A stretch of DNA of 64,000 bases from an uncultured Gammaproteobacteria bacterium (lineage in GTDB: Bacteria; Patescibacteriota; Microgenomatia; UBA1406; HO2-37-13b): contig CAYPSA010000003.1 in NCBI GenBank assembly GCA_964413645.1, positions 19,328 to 83,327 on the forward strand, written 5' to 3'. Below, one piece after another: positions 10,401-18,907 of the stretch. Both the position numbers and the translations under genes were made by a program. The notes beneath the pieces were generated by a model. That model ran no database searches. It worked only from the letters and a program-made list of their open reading frames with translations, and had not been told where the DNA came from. Position 1 is the stretch's first letter. Each line of letters opens with the position of its first letter.

Positions 10401-11881
10401 TTTCCAATTTGAGAAGGAGGGAATCCAACACGTCCGGCTTCTCGGATTAATCCATTAGATGTATATTGTGCAAATGCTTGCATGTTTTCATATAGTGCAT
10501 TCTTAACGACTGATTCAAGACCTCCATTTGCTCCGGGAGCTTGAAGATGCTCGTAAGAGTAAAGCCATTTATTAGGATTCGTTGGATCTTGTCCGATAAA
10601 TTTTACTGTTGTAGCTGTATCAATACATCGTGTAGGATTGTTTTTTTCACAAATGATCGTACTTACTGCGTCGGGTTTCACACATGAATTCACAATAATG
10701 TCTCCTTTGATTTTAGCTTGAACTGGTTCACCGGTAACTGGCGTACATGCCCGGCATGAATCGAGCCCACGTGGAGGACCATTATTGGTGTTACTACAGT
10801 AAACTCGTGGTGCTTGGCCAGGTGCAGCGTTGTCGCTTGAACATAAGAATGCTTTTCCCTCTGAAAGACAACTATCACATGAAGGTTGCGGTGTGACGGT
10901 TGATTGTGGAGGTGTTGGCGTTGAAGTTGGATTACATTTTGGATTGGTACTTATACATACGCCGATTTGTAATGGATCACTCTTTTCGTGCAGACATGCG
11001 TACCCACGTGGGCACGGATTAGCTTTTGAACAGGTTATATCATTTCTACATTCTCCAACAGGTGTGACTGATGGACATGGCTTTTTTGGATCTGGACATC
11101 GTGGTTTATCAGTAGGTCGCAATTCGATAGTGACATATCCTGACGGAACTACGATATTATCTGTTGGCTTAGCAGTTGGTACTCTAAATGTAGGTTCATT
11201 TGTAGCAGACGGCTGTGTTGATGGAGTAACTGGAGTTGGTGTTGGACCACAATCAACTCCTCGTTGACCCAAATATCGGTGCCATGCGGCCATGTCCATT
11301 TCAATTGGATCGCGTGTAACAAAACTTGATGTTGAACTTACGAATAGTCCTGAACACAAATCTTTAGAATATGGTGCTTGTAATTTAAGTGTGAAGTCCC
11401 ATGCTCTCCAATTTGCTTTTCCCACATTTGGACTATCACAATATGGTCGTGAAGTTTGTGGAGCAATGTATTTAACGGTTCTTCCTTCATGGACAATACA
11501 ATCATCTTTGGTGTCGGCATTAGTATTGTCACAAGCTTTTTGGGGGTAACCTCGATTAGGATCTTGAGGAGTATGTACCCAAAACTGTTGAAGTTGTGAA
11601 GGAATGGTGGTACCAGTAAAACAGAGTGAACCTCGGATTAATGTGTATCCAGAATTAGGTTGACCAGGAATTCGATCTTTCTCTTCAAAGGTAGGTCCTT
11701 TGTAAAAATGAGCTCGATAAGTATTGTCGTATGCAAAACTTCCGAGCTTCAACACATTTTCTTGAACTAATCGTTGTGAACCTAGGAATGTACCCGCAGC
11801 CATTAACGCCAAAGCCGCCACCGTAAAAAGCGTGGCAACTTCTCCGCGTTGCTTCCAATTTTTTAATTGCGATATATTCAT
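7487..11881 (-). CDS. giant (1464 aa) Cys-rich surface protein, paralog of 3243..7352, with a degenerate C-terminal dockerin
   Basis: The N-terminus is KQRGEVATLFTVAALALMAAGTFLG. Segments shared with the neighbouring giant include IRGSLCF versus ITGGLCF and KYGWVVKKLP versus TYGWVVERKP. An FN3-like segment reads SSRVEVTWDAPD...YVANVYAIKE. The C-terminus is ADTNRDCQVTSADATGLRDLDGNGTVNASDTSLFLSFIG. Its start overlaps the upstream stop (ATGA). Confidence 0.8.
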   Translation of the reverse strand: MNISQLKNWKQRGEVATLFTVAALALMAAGTFLGSQRLVQENVLKLGSFAYDNTYRAHFYKGPTFEEKDRIPGQPNSGYTLIRGSLCFTGTTIPSQLQQFWVHTPQDPNRGYPQKACDNTNADTKDDCIVHEGRTVKYIAPQTSRPYCDSPNVGKANWRAWDFTLKLQAPYSKDLCSGLFVSSTSSFVTRDPIEMDMAAWHRYLGQRGVDCGPTPTPVTPSTQPSATNEPTFRVPTAKPTDNIVVPSGYVTIELRPTDKPRCPDPKKPCPSVTPVGECRNDITCSKANPCPRGYACLHEKSDPLQIGVCISTNPKCNPTSTPTPPQSTVTPQPSCDSCLSEGKAFLCSSDNAAPGQAPRVYCSNTNNGPPRGLDSCRACTPVTGEPVQAKIKGDIIVNSCVKPDAVSTIICEKNNPTRCIDTATTVKFIGQDPTNPNKWLYSYEHLQAPGANGGLESVVKNALYENMQAFAQYTSNGLIREAGRVGFPPSQIGNLRAYATIPSSQSEAIINYEVPKNDIVCPPVSPSVKPSEAPTTIPTPGICKYSATAVVIDEATNLPVPLSQMGDVNKWGLANDKQPLKPTTLFKNYGEMVNGERTSKYTFKTDTLSFRPTDTNALYMKGDKAQVNLYIDTSKWEIVNKIACTGSKGCPFPNEGPGKNSSRPLDQYGSTVDGFNFDCDTNVSKYGWVVKKLPDNNPSQCVMRSPENVVPCTPKNVKTKLKSSSRVEVTWDAPDALCPFSAGVAGDHYRIDLVDISETPALVVKTCDKISKTKAECRVDSSYANGEGDFIRGHNYVANVYAIKEIPGSMELCAGSNGIGRFSRPTRDNGGDEDKPEPTDKPVGGTVMTKQLDWLVNNSTGVCWGAWSHGDCRHGYNGTDDWAQSITDKRFDCLAPRNEKHEVVVRLRNDSNTDSIDVMPKRDDCALCSAVDLKDKDGNPYKLSQCNAGPGVNTTYGDTSVTLKKGQCYMVDENLRTSVGSGVPCAQGDSGVKSSQPRNEDKPQPTPKNGGEQPDPRNQNTVTGTVRITVESEKTLTPYEGSFKVIYQTNTDTDIKDAQIHNVDFENGTFMYTIPNFNKEAEEYTYGVELEYSIEGETQRKKAFTAVTVNKKDYTKTGVWNVSITLNPNGTQPTPEPSNRRTWYGVPKGNEKYRECVRTERFCRINKGEVNNESKYSCGASENQTKCLLPIDKSIITTEGKYFIKPGHEGYKLSFRLEGFAKNSENSAISSEEFLTNLISNQNGVHFTKVFKLNPNIEKYYVYVNLIDESGKRVNGTTGLSGSCDTDSGPCGFIGHGGYIYYSAVGDDYTDHSSLLSTVAITNKSNESIKSVSIASCDSANKCASNTVSVALAAGANTKFKPTFSVLSTTRRLSCVINYTNGTSKQCTPQLITGSNGLQFNITAAANNSVSTTVLSPLKTADTNRDCQVTSADATGLRDLDGNGTVNASDTSLFLSFIGQNACK

Positions 11882-12474
11882 TGTATAGTGTAAATTCCTC
11901 CGACTGTGCTACCAAGCGTATTTTCGCCATTGATCGCAGTAAGTGTTTTGGTATTGTCAAAATCAATGATGACTGATTTAGCGCCCGCTTTTGGCGTCAT
12001 GGTAAAGCTAAAAACCACACCTTCTTTTCGATCGGTGGGACTTTTTTCAGATAGGGAACCATTATATGTAATCTTTCCATTCTCATTTTTCATACCAATA
12101 ACTTGTGGGAATACCGTTCCATTAGTAAGTGCAGAGATGGTAACCCTTTTTGGATCATATGAAAGTACCACATCTGCTGCTGTTACTGGTAACTTTGAAA
12201 GCATAACTTCTACCGTTACCGCTTCTCCTGCTTTCACTGTTTGCTTTGCAGGTGAAAGAGCAATTGTGGTTGATGGTTTGATATTCTCGATAGCACTTGT
12301 TGTTGGAGTGGTTGTTGTAGGTTCAGAATCAGATTTCTTGGTTACGTTTGCTCCGACAATAATACTTATAATGAAGAGTCCGAAAATAATGGCAATAACG
12401 GCCATTTTTCGGTTTTGATCGAGCTTATTGAACTCGGAAAGGTCTTGTTTGATCGTGCTTGATAGATTTGTCAT
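11878..12474 (-). CDS. membrane-anchored cohesin-domain protein
   Basis: It has one N-terminal TM helix (MAVIAIIFGLFIISIIVGA) and a T/P linker. A single beta-sandwich-type module follows with cohesin-like signatures (VTVEVMLSKLPVTAADVVLSYDPKRVTISAL and GVVFSFTMTPKAGAKSVIIDF). It is the first gene of the operon with the two giants. Confidence 0.65.
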   Translation of the reverse strand: MTNLSSTIKQDLSEFNKLDQNRKMAVIAIIFGLFIISIIVGANVTKKSDSEPTTTTPTTSAIENIKPSTTIALSPAKQTVKAGEAVTVEVMLSKLPVTAADVVLSYDPKRVTISALTNGTVFPQVIGMKNENGKITYNGSLSEKSPTDRKEGVVFSFTMTPKAGAKSVIIDFDNTKTLTAINGENTLGSTVGGIYTIQ

Positions 12475-12556
12475 ATTTATTGATTGTAGATAAAGACTTC
12501 AATCGATGTCAAGTGGGAAAAATACTATATAAACGACGAGGAAGCTGGAATTATTT

Positions 12557-12644
12557 GTCATTTCGAAGAAGCGAAGCGACTAGGAAATATCAATCTATCC
12601 GAGATTTCTCCTCACTGTCAAATTGACGGCTCGTCGAAATGACA
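12557..12644. repeat. dispersed repeat cluster
   Basis: The cluster reads gtcatttcgaagaagcgaagcgactaggaaat...tccgagatttctcctcactgtcaaattgacggctcgtcgaaatgaca. The right half is near-identical to 1811-1856. Confidence 0.85.
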
Positions 12645-12737
12645 TACTATCTGAAATTAATCGTTTATCGGTAGGTAAGTCATCTTGGAGAGGGATTTTG
12701 TGCCTAATATGCGGTACCCCCGTATCGTATAAGTCAT

Positions 12738-12780
12738 GTCATCCTGAGCGTTCTGCCGGCTGGCGGAGAAGGGTCTGCGC
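12738..12780. repeat. dispersed repeat copy (GTCATCCTGAGCG variant with imperfect palindrome)
   Basis: The copy reads gtcatcctgagcgttctgccggctggcggagaagggtctgcgc. Confidence 0.6.
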
Positions 12781-12857
12781 ATTTCCTCCTTGACAACATA
12801 TTACTGATTCTTTTATAGTGAATATACGGATCCGCAATTTGGATCCACAATATATAT

Positions 12858-13790
12858 ATGAATGTAACACTCTATACAATTAATGATACTGAATCAGATT
12901 TTTGTAAGCAGGCTAAGGACTTCTTAAATGCACATAATATTCCGTTTGAAAATAAAGATGTTGAGCACGACAGAACAGCCCTTTCTGAAATGTTGGCTGT
13001 TTCAGACAATTTTTCAGGGGTGCCAGTTATGGTTGTTGGGGAAGGGGACAATAAGCATGTTGTAAAGGGATTCACGCAACAAGAATTTGAACAGGCACTT
13101 GGACTGTCAGTTCAGCCAGAAGCTGTCGTTGAAGCGCCCGTAATGCAAAATTCCGCACCAGTTAGCGAGCCTATGTCTACAGGTGAAGAAAAAATGGATC
13201 AAAATATAGCGCAAGTAGATCAGAATGCGGGAATGTCAGGCGCAGCGCCTGTTATGCCTCCTGTTGATCCGGTAGTCCCAGTAGTTGCTGATGAACCAGT
13301 CGCTCCTGCAACTCCAGCAGCACCTGCATGGAATAATGAACCAGCAACAACTTCAAAACCCGTCGAGCCATTGGTAGTTCCAGAACCCGCAGCTCCTGTC
13401 GTTCCACTTACACCACCGGCAGATGCGACACATGATGATGAGTTAAAAGGAATTATGGATACGTTATCACAAAATGGTATGACATCAGAACCAGTAGCTC
13501 TGGCAGGTGAACCTGCACCAGCACTTGAAATTCCAGTCGATGACCATCCGGTAAATCCTGTAATGGATATATCTGATGCAGAGTCTCAAAAATCGGAATC
13601 TGTAGCTGCTCCGGCAGAATTTGCACCTTCTGCACCTGTGGCGCAAGAACCTGTTACTCCTTCGGTTACAGAGCCTTCAACATGGGCTAATCAACCGGCA
13701 TCTGCAACTCAACAACCAGTCTCAGCTCCTGCTGAACCAGCTGCACCGGTGGCAGATATGCCAAGTGTTCCTGATTTTCCACAGAAGTAA
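12858..13790 (+). CDS. glutaredoxin/NrdH-like domain protein with a long Pro/Ala/Val-rich tail
   Basis: The first ~85 aa have the Grx/NrdH pattern (VTLYT..(active-site position)..AKDFLNAHNIPFENKDV...GVPVMVV...VVKGF). The CxxC position reads SDFC, so only one Cys remains. The remaining ~225 aa are low-complexity P/A/V/E. Confidence 0.6.
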   Translation: MNVTLYTINDTESDFCKQAKDFLNAHNIPFENKDVEHDRTALSEMLAVSDNFSGVPVMVVGEGDNKHVVKGFTQQEFEQALGLSVQPEAVVEAPVMQNSAPVSEPMSTGEEKMDQNIAQVDQNAGMSGAAPVMPPVDPVVPVVADEPVAPATPAAPAWNNEPATTSKPVEPLVVPEPAAPVVPLTPPADATHDDELKGIMDTLSQNGMTSEPVALAGEPAPALEIPVDDHPVNPVMDISDAESQKSESVAAPAEFAPSAPVAQEPVTPSVTEPSTWANQPASATQQPVSAPAEPAAPVADMPSVPDFPQK

Positions 13791-13805
13791 CTCTCTTTAA
13801 GCATT

Positions 13806-13866
13806 GTCATTCTGATCCCGAGCGAAGTTAAGGGAGAACCTGCCTGCCGGCAGGCAGGGAATCTCC
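13806..13866. repeat. dispersed repeat copy (GTCATTCTGA...palindrome...GGAATCTCC)
   Basis: The copy reads gtcattctgatcccgagcgaagttaagggagaaCCTGCCTGCCGGCAGGCAGGgaatctcc. Confidence 0.85.
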
Positions 13867-13951
13867 GCCAACTATATTATTATTGACAATTATTCTTATT
13901 GCTGGTCTAATAGTATTGGTTATCACGCATTCAGGAGAGTTGAACCTACCT

Positions 13952-13977
13952 AAAAGCTCTCGGAAGAGAGTTTTTTT
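13952..13977. terminator. bidirectional intrinsic terminator hairpin between convergent genes
   Basis: The sequence is aaaagCTCTCggaaGAGAGttttttt. The GC-poor stem is extended by A/T runs on both sides. Confidence 0.55.
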
Positions 13978-13979
13978 GT

Positions 13980-15311
13980 TTATTGTTTTGCGCCTTGTGA
14001 GATCCCGAGGGCGAGTAGTAGGGCGGTGAGGGCAGCCACAACACCTATAGTCTTCAAATTCTTATTATATTTTTCACGTGCTTCACGTGCTTTTGTGATT
14101 TCTGCTGCTGTTGCGGTAACTGACGCTTCCGGAGAAGCCATAAGTACCAGTGCTACAATGTCATTTTCTTCGATGGCCTGATTAATCTGCTTTCGTAAAT
14201 CGGCTGACCCTCCGCCAGCCTGCTGAGAAGCCTCAAAGTCATCAACCGTTGTATCCGTAATTTTACTTTGTACTTCTTCGTAAATTTTTGCGGTAGCCTG
14301 AGCAGTATCAAGTCGAGCTTGTAATTGTTTTTTAGCTTCTGGGGTAGAAGCTTGATCGATCATTTTTCTAAGTGTAGATATACCTGCGCGAGCTTGCTCA
14401 AGCGTAGCGGTAATGCCTTTTTTATCTAGGCCGATGAGGCTCATGACATTTTTTTTGTCTTCAGTTGTTGCTAGGTTTTTTCCGTCAAGTTTCTGTTCTA
14501 AATCATCCAATAGATCAGCCTTCTGTTGATTTTCCGCGGTAATTTGTGCGATTTCTTCTGGTGTTGCACCAGTGGGAATTTCTTGGGCTTTGTAATATGT
14601 TTCTCCTGCACGTATCAATGTATCGGTAGTTGTTATACTATGTGTTTCGGCGACTTCGGTGATGAGGGTGGGCAGGCCTTCGTGAAAATCAGGTGGTAGT
14701 TCAGATTTTCCAATAAGTTGAATGTACTTAGTCACAATTTGCTGCTCATTGCCGGAAAAGTTACCGCCAATTTCAGTTGTATCGCGTTTTAACATGAGAG
14801 TAAGCATCGCTGATCGTTCAACCTGTACTGTTTCGCCGGTGGTAGATCCGTGTACTGAGCAAATAAAAGTATCTCCCCTGATTTCAATAATGCCCGAAAG
14901 ACCTTTCTCATTACCGTCTGCATCCGTGTGTACATAGCGAGCTTCCGGATCAGATCGGGGATCAAGATCGATAGGAGTTGTTCGGGTAGAGATTATGTGT
15001 CGATCCCATAAGGCTTTCTTTTTTGGATCCGCAATAATGCGATTTTTTTCTTCAACTGTTTTTGCCGATTCGACTTCTGTAACTACCGCATTTGTTCTAA
15101 GATTCAACAGCATTGCTCCTTCAATGGTTAATTCTTCTTCTAACTTGGCGTGAGGGTTTTCGGGAGAGTCCATGGTTTCGAGATCGTTATCATCATCTGA
15201 ATCCATCATGATTGCAGGCACATCCGGATCAACTGGGGGAGCGTCGACTGGAACAGCTCCAGTATCTATTCCGAGATCTCCTGGTGATAAATTTTCAGTA
15301 TCTAGGCCCAT
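13980..15311 (-). CDS. hypothetical tail-anchored protein (443 aa)
   Basis: It has an acidic, probably disordered N-terminus and a long helical, Q/K/E/A-rich region. A single C-terminal TM helix (IGVVAALTALLLALGI) lies 6 residues from the stop. No known motif was recognised. Confidence 0.6.
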   Translation of the reverse strand: MGLDTENLSPGDLGIDTGAVPVDAPPVDPDVPAIMMDSDDDNDLETMDSPENPHAKLEEELTIEGAMLLNLRTNAVVTEVESAKTVEEKNRIIADPKKKALWDRHIISTRTTPIDLDPRSDPEARYVHTDADGNEKGLSGIIEIRGDTFICSVHGSTTGETVQVERSAMLTLMLKRDTTEIGGNFSGNEQQIVTKYIQLIGKSELPPDFHEGLPTLITEVAETHSITTTDTLIRAGETYYKAQEIPTGATPEEIAQITAENQQKADLLDDLEQKLDGKNLATTEDKKNVMSLIGLDKKGITATLEQARAGISTLRKMIDQASTPEAKKQLQARLDTAQATAKIYEEVQSKITDTTVDDFEASQQAGGGSADLRKQINQAIEENDIVALVLMASPEASVTATAAEITKAREAREKYNKNLKTIGVVAALTALLLALGISQGAKQ

Positions 15312-15354
15312 ATATACCTAATGATACTTGAAATCACATTTTGCTACAAGTAAT

Positions 15355-18111
15355 ATGTTTAGTATGACATCGGGTATACCTCCGGAACAGTCGTTGGGAA
15401 TCGTACCGCCTACAGCGGAGACAGCTACTCCCGTGGTAGAGACTGGTGCAGCTGCTAAAGCTGAGTCTAAGCCACTAGATCCGGAATTAGGAGATCCTCG
15501 AGATGCGACAATTATCAAAAAAGACACTTCGATTGAGGGGGAAAAGAAGCCTTTCTCACTTGAAAAGCAAACCGAGATACGCTTTGCTGGTCTTGTGCAA
15601 AAACAATTTTTAGCTACTGAATCACTTTCTACGGCTGACGGTCTTGAAGATTGGCAAGTTCAATTCAATACTGCATTCCGTCAACGCATTGAACAAGCTG
15701 CGGGACCTAATCGAAGATATGCTGATATAACTCCAGAAGAACGCAAGCGGCTTGTAATTGCAGAAGCTGCTCGTTTTGTTGCGGACACTGCGAATTTACA
15801 AGTAGCAGAAATGATTTCACAACGAACAATAATGACCTTGCAGCGAAGACTAAAAATGAAGATTGATTTCATAAAGCGAGCAACTCCAGATAAAGCTATC
15901 GATAAAGTAGGAGTAATAAATGATCCACGAGGAAATCAAACTGAAAAATATGTGCCAGATAGTTGGGTGGCACGACTAGTTCGCAGAGTAAAAAATGCGA
16001 CTCCGATTAAAACTCCCGTAGCGTATGATGCTCATTTGTCTCCAAGCGAAAGAGCTACTGAAGCTATCACTTCTCAGCAAGAGAACTTAGACGAAAGCAG
16101 AGATAAACTTGCGAGGTTTAAAGTAACTTTTGATGATCCAAGTGTTTTAGCGCTTAATCTAGCAGGCATGACAAATGCAGAACGAGCGCTACTCGAACAG
16201 TATGGGATTAATCTTTCTAGTCCGATTTTAAGTCAAACTGTCGGAGATGAGATACTTAAAACAGTTCATGATGCAAGCGAAGCTCGCGGTGATTTTTATG
16301 CTCGAACAGGATTTGATGTAAGTAAGTTAGCTGTCGATTTTCGGGATACGTGGTATCACCAACGCGCCCATTCAGATATTGAAAAACAAGCATGGAAGAA
16401 TCTGACGAGTGGGGGAGCGAGAGTCACTGATGTTGAACAATTGCGACGCGAGATTGGAAAATTAGCCGTAGAACAAATGGAGCGTCGAACTGTGGAAGAG
16501 GTAGAAGAACGCAAACGTACTAAACAGGCAGAAATTGATAATGGTGTTGTAGAAAATAGCATTGTCGACTTAGGAAAACCCAAAAGTAAAGAAGCGGTTG
16601 AAATCGAGCGCGAAAAATTGCAAGCGGAAAGAAACGCAGAAGCAGAACGACTCGAGGAAGCGGAAAATAAAGAGGCTCTTGAAAAGGAAAAGAAAAAATT
16701 GCAAAAAGAAGCGACGGAAGCTGAACGAGCATATAGCAGTGATGACCTTGTTCAATATGAGAAATGGCTTAAGGAAGTGGGCGACTTAGATGTTTCAATT
16801 GTAGATTTGACTGCAGAACAATCCTTTTATCAAGGAGTATTCGACGACATTTCGGCGGAGAATACAAGACTTAAGGAGCACGTTGCGTCTCTACAATCTA
16901 TTCGTACAACTTCCGGCAATCAGGGCAATAGACCGGTGACCGCAGATGATCAAACCGCTGCAGGAAAGCAAATAGAACAACTTAGAACATTAATTTCAAA
17001 TTCACAAGATGAAATAGGACGACTTAAAGAAAACGTTTTAGATCCTGATGGGAAGAAGATTACTTGGGACCAAGTGACTCAACGAGGCAGATTAATTAAT
17101 AGTCAATTGGCACGGGCAAAAGCTAGAAAAGCCATTAGAACAGCAGAAGAACGCCCTGCTGGGTGGGATGAAACTAAACTTACTACGGTAAGTGCGTGGA
17201 AAGAAAAGAAGGATAGAATTGAAGTCATCGATAGGATTGTCAAAAGTATCCCGGCTGGCACAGAAAGTGTAGGGACGATTCAGAGAAAACTCGCAGCTCT
17301 TGACAAGCGAATTTCGAATGTAGAAAATGCAGATGGAATCAATCTCCATCGAAAAGAAGCATATGTTGCATTGAAGAAATATATGCAATCAGACCAGGCT
17401 CGAAGGACTTTCTTAGAAAATCAAATTTTACTAAGAGAAGGAACATTGGCTCATTTGGAAATAAAATTCTATGAGAATTGGCCACCAGCACATATACGGA
17501 TCATTCAAGGTCTTTTTGGTGATGAGGTCTTTAATAGTCCGTCTTCAATAGCCGAGATAAGCCGTATTATTACTCCTGAAAAAGCAATGCAATTGTATAG
17601 TGCCTTGCACCCTGGAGTTATTGTTAACGAAGATAGTTTTGCAGCATTAACAGTTGGCGATATTAGCGCCGCAGACGTTCGCTCAATGTGGGAAACTCTT
17701 TATGGTGAAGCGGTTAAAACAAGAACGCTTGCAAAGATTGATGACGAAGAAGAGAAATTTATAAGCACTATTACCTCATTTAAACCTGATATGTTTATGC
17801 CTCAACCACCCCCTGAACAAGTTGCTAAACTCGAAAAAAGCCTGTACTATTATCGAGATCTTGCAGACTTGCAGCTAAGAATTCTTCAGAAATGGGCCGA
17901 AACGCACCCTGATCCTAGTGTTTTGTTTGACCCCGTTGCAGGAGAAATGTTTATTCAAAGTGCTGCCATTTATGCTAAAGCGGTTGATGAACAACGAAAG
18001 AAGCGACAATATCAGGTATTTGGAAATCCAACTTTCGTTGCTAGCGCTGACAATTCAAAAGTTACTAGTGATAAGGTGCCAGATGTAGCTGGTGTTACTG
18101 CAACAACTTAA
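15355..18111 (+). CDS. hypothetical large coiled-coil-rich protein (~918 aa)
   Basis: The ORF 15328..18111 begins at a TTG, and the first ATG is at 15355. Long charged heptad-like stretches are present (EVEERKRTKQAEI...REKLQAERNAEAERLEEAENKEALEKEKKKLQKEATEAERA). No TM helix and no recognised catalytic motif were found. It is divergent from 13980..15311. Confidence 0.6.
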   Translation: MFSMTSGIPPEQSLGIVPPTAETATPVVETGAAAKAESKPLDPELGDPRDATIIKKDTSIEGEKKPFSLEKQTEIRFAGLVQKQFLATESLSTADGLEDWQVQFNTAFRQRIEQAAGPNRRYADITPEERKRLVIAEAARFVADTANLQVAEMISQRTIMTLQRRLKMKIDFIKRATPDKAIDKVGVINDPRGNQTEKYVPDSWVARLVRRVKNATPIKTPVAYDAHLSPSERATEAITSQQENLDESRDKLARFKVTFDDPSVLALNLAGMTNAERALLEQYGINLSSPILSQTVGDEILKTVHDASEARGDFYARTGFDVSKLAVDFRDTWYHQRAHSDIEKQAWKNLTSGGARVTDVEQLRREIGKLAVEQMERRTVEEVEERKRTKQAEIDNGVVENSIVDLGKPKSKEAVEIEREKLQAERNAEAERLEEAENKEALEKEKKKLQKEATEAERAYSSDDLVQYEKWLKEVGDLDVSIVDLTAEQSFYQGVFDDISAENTRLKEHVASLQSIRTTSGNQGNRPVTADDQTAAGKQIEQLRTLISNSQDEIGRLKENVLDPDGKKITWDQVTQRGRLINSQLARAKARKAIRTAEERPAGWDETKLTTVSAWKEKKDRIEVIDRIVKSIPAGTESVGTIQRKLAALDKRISNVENADGINLHRKEAYVALKKYMQSDQARRTFLENQILLREGTLAHLEIKFYENWPPAHIRIIQGLFGDEVFNSPSSIAEISRIITPEKAMQLYSALHPGVIVNEDSFAALTVGDISAADVRSMWETLYGEAVKTRTLAKIDDEEEKFISTITSFKPDMFMPQPPPEQVAKLEKSLYYYRDLADLQLRILQKWAETHPDPSVLFDPVAGEMFIQSAAIYAKAVDEQRKKRQYQVFGNPTFVASADNSKVTSDKVPDVAGVTATT

Positions 18112-18113
18112 AT

Positions 18114-18470
18114 ATGAAGACATTTAGTATTGAAGAAATAATAAAAATTCTTTTTAGTAATAATACTGCAAAGCAAAATGAGCTGCTTACTGAATATGGC
18201 TCGGCAGACGAAATGCACAAGGCTGAGTTAACCCAAATAATGTCAGATCAATTTCTAACGTTATTCGATGAATTAGCTGTATTAAAATATGAAAAATTCA
18301 TGGATGAAGTGTCTAATGGTGCTAGACAGATAGAGTCAAATATGATGCAAGAAGCATACCGGGCAGTTCATGAAGATTTAGCCAAAGTTCTAACGGGCGA
18401 GCATTCTGATAACCAAGAAATCAAAGCACTTCAGCAGAAAATTCAGAGTTTATCAATTGCTTCTCAGTAA
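18114..18470 (+). CDS. hypothetical small helical protein (118 aa)
   Basis: It starts 3 nt after the stop of the preceding gene, so it is likely co-transcribed. No motif was recognised. Confidence 0.5.
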   Translation: MKTFSIEEIIKILFSNNTAKQNELLTEYGSADEMHKAELTQIMSDQFLTLFDELAVLKYEKFMDEVSNGARQIESNMMQEAYRAVHEDLAKVLTGEHSDNQEIKALQQKIQSLSIASQ

Positions 18471-18474
18471 GGGC

Positions 18475-18545
18475 GGGGATTTCTCGCCTTCGGCTCGAAA
18501 TGACACGGATAGCTCAGAATGACAAAGGTACTTTAGGATGACAGG
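18475..18545. repeat. dispersed repeat cluster
   Basis: The cluster reads ggggatttctcgccttcggctcgaaatgacacgg...gctcagaatgacaaagg...ttaggatgacagg. Confidence 0.85.
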
Positions 18546-18550
18546 TAAGT

Positions 18551-18808
18551 TTATTCCTCAATCTCAACCCCCAACAATCGTTGGATGACTTCTTTTTTGT
18601 ATCGGCGGTCGCCGCGGGAATTAATTCGAATAGCAGGAAGTTTTCCTCGTTTGCCCCAGCGTTTGATGGTAAGGGGGGAAACACGTAAAATATCGGCAAC
18701 TTCTCGGATTGTCAGAAGATCGGGTAAATCGGTAAGTGATACCTTGTTATTACTTTTGTTTGATATCGACATGGTGGGAATTATAAAGTATGTAGTAGAT
18801 GATGTCAA
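18551..18808 (-). CDS. helix-turn-helix DNA-binding protein, excisionase/MerR-like family
   Basis: LLTIREVADILRVSPLTIKRWGKRGKLPAIRINSRGDRRYKKEVI matches the Xis/AlpA-type HTH_17 pattern. An alternative start is at 18772. Confidence 0.6.
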   Translation of the reverse strand: MTSSTTYFIIPTMSISNKSNNKVSLTDLPDLLTIREVADILRVSPLTIKRWGKRGKLPAIRINSRGDRRYKKEVIQRLLGVEIEE

Positions 18809-18907
18809 GAAGAATATGAGGCGCTAAAAGTAGGGTAGGCAGTGCTCAGAGATGGGAAATTGATGCCTAAAGATGAAAAATAATAAAATGTACTGTACTA
18901 TTAAAAT

